From a bacterium (GTDB taxonomy: Bacteria; SM23-31), in assembly GCA_965249485.1 (NCBI GenBank), contig OZ252239.1:1824001-1888000 (forward strand): a stretch of 64,000 nt of DNA, read 5' to 3'. Of this stretch, positions 53,208-64,000 are shown in pieces (the stretch's first letter is position 1; the number at the start of each line of letters is the position of its first letter). The notes under the pieces are model-generated. The model did not search any database. It was not told where the DNA came from and saw nothing but the letters and a program-made list of their open reading frames with translations. A program made the translations under genes and the position numbers.

Positions 53208-54269
53208 ATGTTACATAAACCAACATCAGTAAGAGTTGTCAAGCGACCAGATAGTAGGTATTATCAGCTTGAATATAAAGACCCAATGACGGGTGAGCGC
53301 AGACGTGAATCTGTGCACACAATCAAAAGGCGTGAAGCAGAAGCAAAGGCAGAATACCTACAGGCACAATTAAATCCCATGACAGTAACTCCACTATCTG
53401 CGGGTATTTTGTTCTCTAATCTCACGAGCGAATACATTGAGCGACACGCACAGATGCGATTAGCAGAAACAACAATTATAGATTATAAGCGAAGAATAGG
53501 TGTCATAAAACCGTATTTCAATGGACAGACAGTACATCTGATTGGCACACCATTTATAATGGATTTAATATTCGATCTAAAACGCACAAAGAATATATCG
53601 AATGCGTCGTGCAACAGGTACATAGCTCTGTTATTGTCAGTGTTCTCCTATGCGATGAAGCGTGGGTACATAGCGCATAATCCTGTCAAGAACATGGATA
53701 AGTTTCCGGAAGATTCAGCGCATCAGCCGTTCAAATATTTTACCGAGTCGGAAGTGTCAAAACTTATTTCGTGTGCCGGTCAGGATTTTAGACCCATCCT
53801 TGCGATGGCGTTCTATACGGGTATGAGGAAGGGTGAGTTGATCGGGCTGCAATGGCAGGATATGGACCTGGAAAGAAATTTTATTCAAGTGTCGCGAAGC
53901 TTTGACAAATCCACGAAAAGTGGTAGGATTCGGCATGTTGGAATACACCCCGAGTTGCGCAATGAACTTGTGGTCCCTGAAGAAAACAGACACGAGAGCA
54001 TTTATGTGTTTCCCAATCCACGTACAGGTGCAATGCGGGATAATTTTAACAAGGCATGGTATGGCGCTATCAGACGATCCGGAATCAAGTACAGACGATT
54101 CCATTGCACGCGCCATACATTTGCAACAAAGTTTCTGAAATCAGGCGGCACAACAGCCGAGCTTAAAGAAATATGCGGATGGAGCTCACAGAAGATGGTT
54201 GACCGTTATTCGCATTTATCAGAAGAACATAAACATCTGCAACAAGCAATAAATAAAATGGAATATTAG
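53208..54269 (+). CDS. int: Tyrosine recombinase / phage-type integrase
   Basis: TGMRKGE (R), TKSG (K), HCTRH (HxxR), GW, RYSH (Y). Adjacent to the tRNA 3' end. Confidence 0.95.
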   Translation: MLHKPTSVRVVKRPDSRYYQLEYKDPMTGERRRESVHTIKRREAEAKAEYLQAQLNPMTVTPLSAGILFSNLTSEYIERHAQMRLAETTIIDYKRRIGVIKPYFNGQTVHLIGTPFIMDLIFDLKRTKNISNASCNRYIALLLSVFSYAMKRGYIAHNPVKNMDKFPEDSAHQPFKYFTESEVSKLISCAGQDFRPILAMAFYTGMRKGELIGLQWQDMDLERNFIQVSRSFDKSTKSGRIRHVGIHPELRNELVVPEENRHESIYVFPNPRTGAMRDNFNKAWYGAIRRSGIKYRRFHCTRHTFATKFLKSGGTTAELKEICGWSSQKMVDRYSHLSEEHKHLQQAINKMEY

Positions 54270-54270
54270 C

Positions 54271-54389
54271 GCGGAACAAAAGCGGAACCAAATAAACAAA
54301 AAATGCAAAAACACCGTAACAGTTGTCACAATCTTGATACAATTATCGAAAAAAGCAACAGGCTAAGAGGGTGTAATATTCACCGTAAC
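54271..54389 (+). repeat. Probable integrase arm-type sites
   Basis: GCGGAAC x2 (54271, 54282) and CACCGTAAC x2 (54312, 54381), between int and the tRNA. Confidence 0.5.
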
Positions 54390-54418
54390 CTATTGCCATG
54401 TAATGAGATAAGACTTTG

Positions 54419-54491
<73 letters not shown>

Positions 54492-54632
54492 ACTAAAACT
54501 CTAAATAATCATGTATGCTATCCTGTTTGATTTTCTTGAGAAAGAATTGGAGCAAAACATATACATCAATGTACATAGTATAGATTTTTTAAGCAAGTAT
54601 TTTGTAATAAAAATCAGGTAATATTATGGAGT

Positions 54633-55304
54633 CTACAGGCCTTTATTATTTTTGTGAAAATCCTGAATTATCCGGACAACGTTTTCCATGTCATCCTCGA
54701 TTGTGAACAGGTCTGTATCTTCCGGAGATATGTTTCCAGCTTTCAGCAGTGAGTTTTCTATCCAGTCCATAGCCCCTTTCCAGAATTCTGATCCAATGAG
54801 TATGACCGGAAATTGTTTCACTTTATTTGTCTGGATGAGTGTGAGCATTTCAAAGACTTCATCGAGTGTTCCGAAACCACCGGGAAACGCCACAAAGGCA
54901 TGGGCGTATTTAACGAACATGACTTTTCTGACGAAAAAATAGCGGAAACTCACCAGTCTATTGATGTATTTGTTCGGTACCTGTTCGAATGGCAGCTCAA
55001 TATTGCAGCCAACGGAAATGCCGTCCGCCTCGAATGCGCCCCGGTTTGCACCTTCCATAATTCCGCCGCCCCCACCTGTAATAACGCAAAACTTTTCACG
55101 TACAAGTAATTTTCCAAGTTCGCATGCTTTTTGATAGTAGGGGTCGGATTCCTGTGTGCGCGCAGAACCCCATACGGTGACTGCAGGCGGAAGGTTATTT
55201 AAATCTTCAAATCCTTCAACAAATTCAGATATGATTCTGAAAACTCTCCAGGCGTCATCAAGTTTGTAGATGTGGTCAAATGCTTTGTCGAGTGTGTGTG
55301 CCAT
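54633..55304 (-). CDS. LOG family (TIGR00730) nucleotide phosphoribohydrolase
   Basis: GSAR, TGGGGGIM, RK, PGGFGTLDE. Confidence 0.9.
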   Translation of the reverse strand: MAHTLDKAFDHIYKLDDAWRVFRIISEFVEGFEDLNNLPPAVTVWGSARTQESDPYYQKACELGKLLVREKFCVITGGGGGIMEGANRGAFEADGISVGCNIELPFEQVPNKYINRLVSFRYFFVRKVMFVKYAHAFVAFPGGFGTLDEVFEMLTLIQTNKVKQFPVILIGSEFWKGAMDWIENSLLKAGNISPEDTDLFTIEDDMENVVRIIQDFHKNNKGL

Positions 55305-55375
55305 TTTCACGTTTTCCTGTAGGGTGATTTTCGGTTAACAGTCCGTTTATAATTATGTGCTTTGATTTATTTCGG

Positions 55376-56323
55376 TTATCCATGCATGGGGACGAGTGGT
55401 TTAATGCTGAGCACTGGACAAGGTGCATACCGTACAATTCGTGCGGTTGTACTGCCAAGCAGCATGTGTTTTATGCCGGAATGTCCATTTGTTGCTATAA
55501 CGATCAGGTCAATCGCCAGTTTTTTTGCATATTCTACAATATCAGCGTGAGGTGCAAATCCAGTAATAACTTCCTGATTGATTTCGATACCGCTGTTTTC
55601 AGTTTCTTTGTTTAAAGTGTCAAATAGATCATACGCACTGTTTTCAACCTTTTCAAATAGTCTGTCATCCGGGAAATGGGAGGTAGGATTAGCGGGATCG
55701 TTGACTAACGGTTCAACAACATATACTTGATACAGTTTTGCTTTAAACTTTCTTACTATGTTCAGCGCAAATGGTAGTGCGAGAAATGAATTTTCGGAAA
55801 AATCGGTTGTAAAGAGAATGTTTTTGATTTTCTTTCTTTTTGGATTCTCGCGCAGTGTTATAACAGGACAGGGGGCAGTTCGCACGATTTTTTCTGCAAC
55901 ACTACCCATTATAGTATGGTCAATTCCTTGCCTGCCATGTGTACCCATAACAATGAGATCTGCACAGATATCCCTCGCATGTTCGTTAATTGATTCAACG
56001 ATATTACCCTGCTTCACAACTTCAGAAATAGACACATGTTTTCGATCATCATCCGAAAACAGTTTGTCCATATAATTTTTAACATTGCCAATAACCTGTT
56101 CATTCAGCGATGTTAGAGAAATGTTATCAAATAATGCAGGTAATCCCACCGCTATGTTTTTCATTATATGAATAGCGGACAACTCTGCACTATACTGTTT
56201 TGCAAATGATAAAGAGAACTGCCGGGGAGCCTCGGAACAAACTAAAAAATCAGTTGGAAAGAGTATTTTTTTAACATGAAAAGAATCCTTTAACAGTGCA
56301 TCGTTTATCAAATCGTGTTCCAT
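55376..56323 (-). CDS. Tandem-domain universal stress protein
   Basis: IL.PTDF...DLIVMGTHG...GSVAE..VR.APCPV, twice. Confidence 0.9.
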   Translation of the reverse strand: MEHDLINDALLKDSFHVKKILFPTDFLVCSEAPRQFSLSFAKQYSAELSAIHIMKNIAVGLPALFDNISLTSLNEQVIGNVKNYMDKLFSDDDRKHVSISEVVKQGNIVESINEHARDICADLIVMGTHGRQGIDHTIMGSVAEKIVRTAPCPVITLRENPKRKKIKNILFTTDFSENSFLALPFALNIVRKFKAKLYQVYVVEPLVNDPANPTSHFPDDRLFEKVENSAYDLFDTLNKETENSGIEINQEVITGFAPHADIVEYAKKLAIDLIVIATNGHSGIKHMLLGSTTARIVRYAPCPVLSIKPLVPMHG

Positions 56324-56405
56324 ATTTTACTCCAGTACCTATTACTATTATTGTACGAATACCACTATGTAAATGTTGCAAAACCATAGTAATGACAGGG
56401 GAATC

Positions 56406-58220
56406 TTATGAATCTATACTTTCGTCATTTGTTTCAATTTCTTTTGGAAGATTAATTATGACAGTCGTTCCGTGACTTGGCGTGCTGATAATATCGATAC
56501 TTCCATAATGCATTTCGATAATTTGTTTTGTGACTGGTAATCCCAGGCCGGTGCCCTTTGTTTTGGATGTGTAAAAATAATCAAATACATTCGGCATATT
56601 ACTCGAGTCTATGCCAACACCGGAATCTTCGAATATAACTTTTACATACGTTTGTTTTCGCCAGTTAGGCTGGGCATCTGTAACGGAAATTTTAAGTTTT
56701 CCTCCATCGAGCATTGCTTGAAAAGAGTTAAGAATAATATTCAAAAATGCCTGTTTTAGTTTGCCCTGATCACCCACAATATTTGGAGACTCCAATTCCG
56801 ATCTTCTCTCGATTTTAATATGCTGTTTTACTGCTTTAGCGTGATTTGCCAGGATTAATTCATCCAATAGAACATCGATATCGATTGATTCCGATTTAAA
56901 TTCTTGCGGCCGGGAAATGCTGAGGTAATTTTCAATTAAATCGTCAATCCTCCGGATTTCCGAGTCTATTATTTCAAGATACTGTTCAAGCCGCTTTTTA
57001 TTCTCCTTTTTCCCCAAGCCTCTCTTGAGGACCTGCATATTAATGACTATCGAGTTAAACGGATTGCGAATCTCATGCGCGATTACAGATGCAAATTTGC
57101 TCACTGTAGCGAGCTGTTCGGCCATTTGGAGTTTACTCTGGGTTTTTTCGAGGTTTTCGGCCATCATATTAAATTCTTTTGCAAGTGTAGCAAGCTCATC
57201 CGTACGCGGTATGGTGATACGGCTGTGGAGCGCCCCTTTCGATACATTCTGTACACCCTCAACCAAACTTTTCAATGGCTGAACGAGATTTCTGGTGATA
57301 ACTATGCCCAGAACAGATGCAAGAATAATACTGCCGATTATTATAAAAATTAGCCGAGTTAAAATTTCTCTTGATACAGCAAGCGCAACGGCTTCGTTCT
57401 GAGCAACGACAACTCCCCAATAAAGTTCCGGAACCGGGATATATGCACAAATCAACCGGGTATTTTCAATAAATGGGTCATCATAAAAATCTGTGCCGTT
57501 TTGTCCGTTCAGAAGATTCTGAATAAAAGGAAATGATGAAAGATTTTCATTGCCATATACAAGACGGCGGTTTGGGTGTGCAATGATTTCCCCCCGGCTT
57601 GAAACGATATAGACCTGACCACCTGTCAGTTGAGCCGAGAGGCTGTCAACAAGGTCCCAGATAAAACCTACATCTATTTCCGCAGCTAAAGTGCCAACAA
57701 AATTTTCATACTGCAGAATAGGTATTGAAACAGTGATCACCGGACGATCTTCAATGATTTCTACCGGTGCTATGTTTCGACTTAACAGGTCTCTGTCTAT
57801 TTCAACCGGAGTGTATTGCAGTGTCGTATCCCGAGCTGCAAAATCGGTAGTAGCAATGACGGCTTGTGTTGAATCGGAAATATATAGTTTTCGGTAAAAA
57901 TCATTGTTAATTTTCAGCATGTCCAGAATCTTTTCCTGATTGAACGGCTGCATCAGGTAGACATCCTGGATCTCAGTAGCAAATGTAAGAGAATTAAATG
58001 TGTTTTCGACAAAATATGTAATCTGAGAAGCAGAACGTTTGGCAATTTCAAGCTGTTTTTCCTGCGTTGACAGTCGAATAAACTCTTCGGTTTCATTCAG
58101 TAGAAAAAATCCGACTGACGCTATAGCTATTGTCGCAAAGACAATATGAGATAATATGAATTGCGATGCAATCCGGTTAAATATTCTGTTGCGAAGTATA
58201 TTTTTGAAAATTTTCAGCAT
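56406..58220 (-). CDS. Sensor histidine kinase (Cache-HAMP-HisKA-HATPase)
   Basis: AHEIRNP, N box, DSGVG, GTGLGL. Confidence 0.92.
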   Translation of the reverse strand: MLKIFKNILRNRIFNRIASQFILSHIVFATIAIASVGFFLLNETEEFIRLSTQEKQLEIAKRSASQITYFVENTFNSLTFATEIQDVYLMQPFNQEKILDMLKINNDFYRKLYISDSTQAVIATTDFAARDTTLQYTPVEIDRDLLSRNIAPVEIIEDRPVITVSIPILQYENFVGTLAAEIDVGFIWDLVDSLSAQLTGGQVYIVSSRGEIIAHPNRRLVYGNENLSSFPFIQNLLNGQNGTDFYDDPFIENTRLICAYIPVPELYWGVVVAQNEAVALAVSREILTRLIFIIIGSIILASVLGIVITRNLVQPLKSLVEGVQNVSKGALHSRITIPRTDELATLAKEFNMMAENLEKTQSKLQMAEQLATVSKFASVIAHEIRNPFNSIVINMQVLKRGLGKKENKKRLEQYLEIIDSEIRRIDDLIENYLSISRPQEFKSESIDIDVLLDELILANHAKAVKQHIKIERRSELESPNIVGDQGKLKQAFLNIILNSFQAMLDGGKLKISVTDAQPNWRKQTYVKVIFEDSGVGIDSSNMPNVFDYFYTSKTKGTGLGLPVTKQIIEMHYGSIDIISTPSHGTTVIINLPKEIETNDESIDS

Positions 58221-58226
58221 AATATT

Positions 58227-59879
58227 TTATGGAATGTTGCGAGGTGCCCACTCTGACAGCTCATTCAACCTACCGCCGGTTGTAAATAGAGTTACATTTT
58301 TACTGTTGATGGCATAATAATTATGATGCTGATATGTCAACACTGTCCCGGTTGCAGCTCTTCTGTACAAATCCTGAATACGGTGAAATATTGCCGTTGC
58401 ATCATCCTGCTTCGGCAGCCGCATCGCTCTTAGAAGTTGGCGAATAGCTTCGGGATTATTTGTTCCGAGTCTATTTCTGTGGAACGTACTTTCGAAAAAG
58501 AGAAAATAGTCTGCAAAACTCCTGATAATATCCTGAGGGTAGTAGTGAAAAAAATCAAGTGATATCTGGTAGTTTCCTTGGCTGATTCGTTCCAGTAATT
58601 CTATTTGTGGCAACGGCTGTGCTTCAATTGCCACACCAATCTCACTGAGATTTAAACGAATATTCTGAATCAAATTCTCGATGTATCTATCGTTGTTCGG
58701 ATAAATCAACTCCATTATAAAATCATTCCCATTTCTCTCAACAATTCCATCACCATTCGAGTCGCGCCATCCGCTTTTTTCAAGATCACTTCGTGCCGCG
58801 AGTGGATTATAATAAACTCGTTCCAAATTTTCAAAGAATGCAGGGGAGGTATTCGGTAATGGGCCGTATGAAATTGATCGGATGTTGAACTGTTCACTCG
58901 ATAGAGTATATGTGGGTTTATTTAATGATTTAAGAATTGCTTCACGGACAGGACGTGCCGTTAAATTAGAATATCCATTATTAAGGTTAAGTGTATAGGT
59001 AGTATTTGGAAATGCAGGAGTAGAAATAATTTGAAATGAAGTGTCGGTACTGCTGATTTCTCTCAGGTCACCACTATTAATTATCCGGACAAAATCAAGT
59101 TCACCCGTAATGAAGTCAGATTTTAACTGGTTTGTCGATTCGTATAGGTGCAGCTCAATTTTAGCATATTCCGCAGGCCCATTATAATGGTCAAAATACC
59201 GCTCAAGTGTTATAATTGATCCATAACTAAACTGCCCGACACTGTAAGGCCCAATACCCATCGATTTTTTTTCTGCAATATTACTGATAGTCTGCTCGAT
59301 TGTTTCCCCCTCGTAGTATGCACGGGATAATACCGGTATATCACTCAGCAAAAACGGGAGGTCTTCAATCGTGTCCTGCAGATGAATCTGGACGTGCCGT
59401 GTGCCTATAATCCTTATGTCGTTGAGTTTTTCAAGATGAGGATTATAAGGAAGATTTTGTTTTCTGGTATATTGTTTATAAAATAATATACTGAATGCAA
59501 TATCTTCAGGTTTGAGTGATGACCCATCCTGAAAAGTTATACCGTCCCTAACGCTGAGAATCCATATTCTGGGGTCGGGTGAAACTTCACCCCAATATTC
59601 TACAATTCCTGGAATTAGTGATTGTTCATAGGGATCGTAATAAAAGAGCGGTACACCGAAAATAAGACGTTGGAGGATCTGTTCATTTGATGATCCATGT
59701 GCAACAGGATGAAGTGATTGAAATGATTGAGTAAGATCTCCCCATTTGAGAGTGGGAGGAGATTGATTTTGATACGCGAATCCAAGGCTGGCATTCATGC
59801 AAACAATCAAAACAATGATCTGAAATATCCGCGTCAATGTTCTAAGTAGAATATTCATAATTCTGAAATCAGTCGGCAC
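58227..59879 (-). CDS. Family-5 (peptide/nickel-type) extracellular solute-binding protein
   Basis: FQDGS.L.PED..FS, G.GPY, VR.AI, GW.DSNGDGI.E.NG. Confidence 0.8.
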   Translation of the reverse strand: MPTDFRIMNILLRTLTRIFQIIVLIVCMNASLGFAYQNQSPPTLKWGDLTQSFQSLHPVAHGSSNEQILQRLIFGVPLFYYDPYEQSLIPGIVEYWGEVSPDPRIWILSVRDGITFQDGSSLKPEDIAFSILFYKQYTRKQNLPYNPHLEKLNDIRIIGTRHVQIHLQDTIEDLPFLLSDIPVLSRAYYEGETIEQTISNIAEKKSMGIGPYSVGQFSYGSIITLERYFDHYNGPAEYAKIELHLYESTNQLKSDFITGELDFVRIINSGDLREISSTDTSFQIISTPAFPNTTYTLNLNNGYSNLTARPVREAILKSLNKPTYTLSSEQFNIRSISYGPLPNTSPAFFENLERVYYNPLAARSDLEKSGWRDSNGDGIVERNGNDFIMELIYPNNDRYIENLIQNIRLNLSEIGVAIEAQPLPQIELLERISQGNYQISLDFFHYYPQDIIRSFADYFLFFESTFHRNRLGTNNPEAIRQLLRAMRLPKQDDATAIFHRIQDLYRRAATGTVLTYQHHNYYAINSKNVTLFTTGGRLNELSEWAPRNIP

Positions 59880-60313
59880 GAAGAATTGAGCACATTAGTT
59901 GCATTACAGATTTCAAGACAAAATATAAGTTTACAAATAAAACAAAAAAAATGCAATCTAATTTGGATTGTTATAAATGCTCCTGCTAATATACCACAAC
60001 GTGTGCGAACCATGCAGACAGTCTTTAAGTTGTTGCTGTATTTATCATGCGAGTTTCAATATGAATAGTATAAAATTGTGGAAAAAAATCCAAAATGAAA
60101 TATCTCTGAACATCATGGATGTTGCGAGAATATTGAAATCTATTAATTATTTAAAAGGATAATTTATTTGTTTTTTCGTGAAGTTTCCGGAAAGTTTCCA
60201 GCTCATCTTCTTTCGAAGGTGGATTGACAATACGGTCTGGTTGGTTAAGTGAGCTTGTTGAAGCATATGTTGCTTCATTGAGAAGGTGAGTAGGTGATTC
60301 TGTTGCAGGAGAA

Positions 60314-60835
60314 TCAAGATTGTTTTCCTGTCAGGTTTTGTGAAGTATGTGTTTCGGAATGTACAGATGAAAAGAAATTTGGGTTGGAATAGGAACGTTG
60401 CAGTATGTCGCTTGGAATTCCATCCGATCTCGTCTCTAAAGATTCAACATTTGCAGCTTTTTTAGTTTTCCGTGGCTCTGTGTGCACCATGCATTTATTC
60501 CACTCTTGTGTTTCATGCTGCACAGGCTTGACAGTTTTATTGCGGTCTGTCGCAGATATTATTTCATATGATAAGTGATGTGTATAACCCGAAAGGTTAT
60601 ATTCGATCAGTTTTTGCAGTTCAATTTTGACCGATTTCAGAATAAGATGGGTCTCACTGATATTGGAAATTTCATCCATTGATTTTCCATCGGATGATTC
60701 TTGAGTCGCACGGCGATCATGCCGCATGGTTACATGAAAATGCTTACTTCCGGTATAATGGGAAGCACTGCTGCCAAATAGTTCAGACTGTCCGACATGA
60801 ATGACCGAATCGTTATTGTTGTGTTCGCTGTCCAT
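60314..60835 (-). CDS. Hypothetical protein
   Basis: 173-aa ORF downstream of 60874..62604. Confidence 0.45.
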   Translation of the reverse strand: MDSEHNNNDSVIHVGQSELFGSSASHYTGSKHFHVTMRHDRRATQESSDGKSMDEISNISETHLILKSVKIELQKLIEYNLSGYTHHLSYEIISATDRNKTVKPVQHETQEWNKCMVHTEPRKTKKAANVESLETRSDGIPSDILQRSYSNPNFFSSVHSETHTSQNLTGKQS

Positions 60836-60873
60836 GAACTATGTTGCTCTTGTGTACCGGATAAAGCAATGAG

Positions 60874-62604
60874 TTACGATATTTTACTGATTTTTTTGAA
60901 AAAACTCCGTGCGTATGCATCCAGATTATCATCGGCGTTCTGTTTAACCACAGGTTTCGATTCAAGTACAGGACTTTTATCCGGTGTCTCGGAAGATTGA
61001 ACAGGTGGTTTTTCCTGTTGTGTTATTGGTAAAGATTCGTGTTCAATTGTTTTCTGAGCAGGATTCTGTTCCTGAACCGGCATATCTTGTTTTTCGGTTT
61101 CTGAACTCTTGAGATTCTGCTGAGATTCCTCATAGACATTTAAGAGAGCATTATATTCATTTTGCAGGTCTTCCAAAATTGCCTTTTCCTGAACGGGTGC
61201 AGTCCCTTGTATCTCAAGCTCCTCACGTTGTTTTCTCTCTTCTGCAAGTTGTGTCTCAGTTATAGATAGTTTCTCCTGCAGCTGCTTCATTTGATTTATC
61301 AGAGAATTTTGTGTGCTCCGGACTTTATCATTTATGGTATCTATTGTGCTCTTATAATGGTTTTCCATATCTGCTTTTTCACGTTCAATACGCTCATGCA
61401 ATTGTTTTTCAAATGCAGCCTTAGCAGTACTTCTTTCTTTCTCGATTTTACTGAGGAATGATTTTTCTTTCTCAGCAATCTCCTTTTCAAGTATACCAAT
61501 TTTTTGATTCAATGATTGGTTGTCGCTCTGTAAGGCATCCGTTTTCTCCAGGATTTCCTTGATTGCTTTCGTCCTTGCCTTATCAGATTCTTCAAGTTTT
61601 AACTTCTGATTGTGTATGACTTTTTCTTTTTCGAATAGTGTTTCTGTGTGAGTTTTGTTCTCCAAGGTGTATTTTAGAGCTTGATGCTTGATGTTGTCAC
61701 TCGATTGGTTCAGCTTTTTGTGGACACTTTCAATTTCTCTCTGTAATTCAATATTTTTCTTGGTTAGATTTTCAATTTGTTCATCTTTACCTTTTAACGA
61801 GAGAGCACTCTGATTGTGTGTGCTCTCAAGCGACACAAGTTTTGTTTTGATGTCCGACATTTCCTGAATATGGAGGTCTCGGTGAACCTGAAGGTCTTTT
61901 TCCTTCCGTTCAACTGATTTATTAGATTTTGAAACAGTAACCTGAGCATATTGCAGTTGATTTTTGAGATCGATATTTTCCTTTTTCAGTAGTTGAAATT
62001 CATCTTGAAACGTGCTCGGTTCCGAAAGAATAGAACTTGTTTTTCTGAGTGTCCAAAGCCAATATCCCAGAGCTGCATTACCGGTAAGGGATAGCACAAA
62101 CAGAAAGATAAAAAATCCTGATGCGCCGGCTGAACCGTCGCCTTCACTATCCTCAAGATTTATATATTCCGGTTCCCGATCACGGGTAAATTCGGGTCCT
62201 TCATCCTGAGGAGCGGATTGCACCGTTACCGTTTGCATTGTTCCTGATTGATGGAGAACGGATGTTACATCCGGAAGCCGGGAAAGTGAAGCGTTCGGAA
62301 CCACATAATCGCTGAAAATCCACCCTGTGTCGTTTTCTGACGTAGCTATTAGCATCCACTGCGGAACTTCGTCGATAACCGTGACCACAGTACCCTCGTC
62401 GAAAACAGTCAATATGGTGCTGCGTATGGAAGGTGTCTCTCTGAGATTGACCCGTTGCAACGTAAATGAATTCCAGACCTCTTCAGATGTCTGAGCAAAT
62501 ACTGGAACATAATGTATGGAAATAGAAAGGAGAAAAAAGAGTGTAAGTATACTTACAACAATAGTATACCTGAACAAACCACGGACGGAATTGTTCATAG
62601 TCAT
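60874..62604 (-). CDS. SH3b domain + transmembrane + long coiled-coil protein
   Basis: VNLRETPS...TGWI..DYV, TM helix, heptad-rich C-terminus. Confidence 0.75.
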   Translation of the reverse strand: MTMNNSVRGLFRYTIVVSILTLFFLLSISIHYVPVFAQTSEEVWNSFTLQRVNLRETPSIRSTILTVFDEGTVVTVIDEVPQWMLIATSENDTGWIFSDYVVPNASLSRLPDVTSVLHQSGTMQTVTVQSAPQDEGPEFTRDREPEYINLEDSEGDGSAGASGFFIFLFVLSLTGNAALGYWLWTLRKTSSILSEPSTFQDEFQLLKKENIDLKNQLQYAQVTVSKSNKSVERKEKDLQVHRDLHIQEMSDIKTKLVSLESTHNQSALSLKGKDEQIENLTKKNIELQREIESVHKKLNQSSDNIKHQALKYTLENKTHTETLFEKEKVIHNQKLKLEESDKARTKAIKEILEKTDALQSDNQSLNQKIGILEKEIAEKEKSFLSKIEKERSTAKAAFEKQLHERIEREKADMENHYKSTIDTINDKVRSTQNSLINQMKQLQEKLSITETQLAEERKQREELEIQGTAPVQEKAILEDLQNEYNALLNVYEESQQNLKSSETEKQDMPVQEQNPAQKTIEHESLPITQQEKPPVQSSETPDKSPVLESKPVVKQNADDNLDAYARSFFKKISKIS

Positions 62605-62929
62605 CCCCGTTTTTAAATAAACCCTAATTTACCATTACTGCAATAAAACTAAGCCCACGTAAATATATCGGTAAATTCATAGTATAGCAAGCAAAATATT
62701 CTATTTAACTTATGAATTTACAAGATGATACTTGTTTTATATTGTAGCCGCTCTTTTTTAATATATTTATACCCACAAAAAATAAATGGAATTATTTAAT
62801 CGTAATTTTGGTATAGTATATATATTCTTAATTCCAGATTCCAGCTTTTTAAACTCATAACGATAAACACTATTCTACAACACAATATTATTTCGGTTTT
62901 ATTTTTATAAAACTTAAAGGGAAAATTAT

Positions 62930-64000
62930 ATGAAGCGTATATTACGAGTCCTCAGAAGGAGTATTACAGCCAGTATCGTGATAATTCTTTTATTCATTTG
63001 GATTGCTCATTGCTTTATCAAATGGTCCTCAAAATGGAGTCACCGGGTCACCTGCCGATGGGGGACAAACATGCAATCATGGAGGTTGTCATACCGGTAA
63101 TTCTACCCAGACAAACAGCAGCAGTTTGTCTATATCTGGTATACCTTCGGAAGGCTACGTTCCCGGAACAACATACCCAATAACAGTTGCCTTTTCCGGG
63201 AGCGGATCGAAATGGGGATTTGAAGCGATGGTTACCGATGCAAACAACAATAGTACAGGAACTATTGTTATAACAAATACAACGGATACACAAAAAAGTA
63301 GTAATTATGTTAAACATAGATTTCAAGGAACTGATAGCAAGAGCTGGAGTTTTAACTGGGTCGCCCCCAGTACCGATGTCGGAACAATAACGATCTATGC
63401 GGCGGGGAACCAGGCAAATAATAACGGCTCAAATTCTGGAGATACTATTCACACAAAATCTTTAGCGCGGGTTGCCGCTCCGACAAATACTGATCCCGTG
63501 ATCAGTACCACATCCCCGCTTTCCAATGCGACGGAAGATATTGCTTATGCTGACACGGTCAGCGCTTCGGATGCGGATGGAGGCGATGTATTGTCCTACA
63601 GCATAACATCCGGCCCTTCATGGCTGTCAATCAATGCGTCGACCGGCGCTCTATCCGGCACGCCGGCTAATGATGATGTCGGCGAAGATGTTGCTGTTAC
63701 AATTGTCGTCACCGACGACGCGAGTCCGGCGGGTTCTGCTACATTGAACGCGACTATCACCGTCACCAACGTCAACGATCCCCCGGTCATAACAACTACA
63801 ACACTTGATTCCGCTGCGGAAAATACGGCATATTCGTTTACTATCGATGCGACCGACCCTGATGTTGGCGATGTATTGACCTATAATTTGACAGATGGTC
63901 CATCATGGTTGTTGGTCGATTCCCTGACTGGCGCTCTTTCCGGCACACCGGAAACCGCCGACATTGCTGAAAATACACCGGTAACGATTCTCATAACGGA
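62930..64000 (+). CDS. Secreted Reeler/choice-of-anchor-V-like protein with cadherin/Ig repeats; partial, frameshift near 62990
   Basis: Manual translation gives SNGP..GVTGSP.D..TC..GCH, W.APS and GPSWL.I....G.LSGTP repeats. The ATG 62930 frame joins after removing one T at 62988-62991. Confidence 0.7.

Noticed and set aside
59997..60012. ACGTGTGCGAACC resembling the right arm of the site
   Set aside because: Single short match with altered core spacing, no left arm, in core-genome context. Probably chance.

Overview
Bacterial DNA with many secreted proteins, FlgD/T9SS-like C-terminal domains and a GWxTD protein. This suggests a KSB1/Latescibacterota/Calditrichota-like organism (inference only). 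From about 54.6 to 64 kb the window looks like core genome: LOG protein, universal stress protein, histidine kinase, solute-binding protein, SH3/coiled-coil protein, Reeler/Ig protein. A tRNA-Phe (54419-54491, minus) is flanked at its 3' side by a tyrosine integrase and a CI/Cro-like switch. Left of these lie about 50 kb of accessory genes. The main signal is in 1-40 kb: unrelated genes of very different base composition sit in 1-5 kb units separated by a same-orientation 24-bp site, consensus GGGCTGT-ACGAT-(G/T)TGCGAACCTTT. I count 13 full or near-full copies and 4 half-sites whose arms switch at the ACG(A/T)T core. Most units carry their own sigma70-type promoter at a fixed distance from the site. 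This looks like a gene-cassette array without attC sites, and no cognate recombinase can be assigned from the window. Repeat counts and alignments were made by eye.
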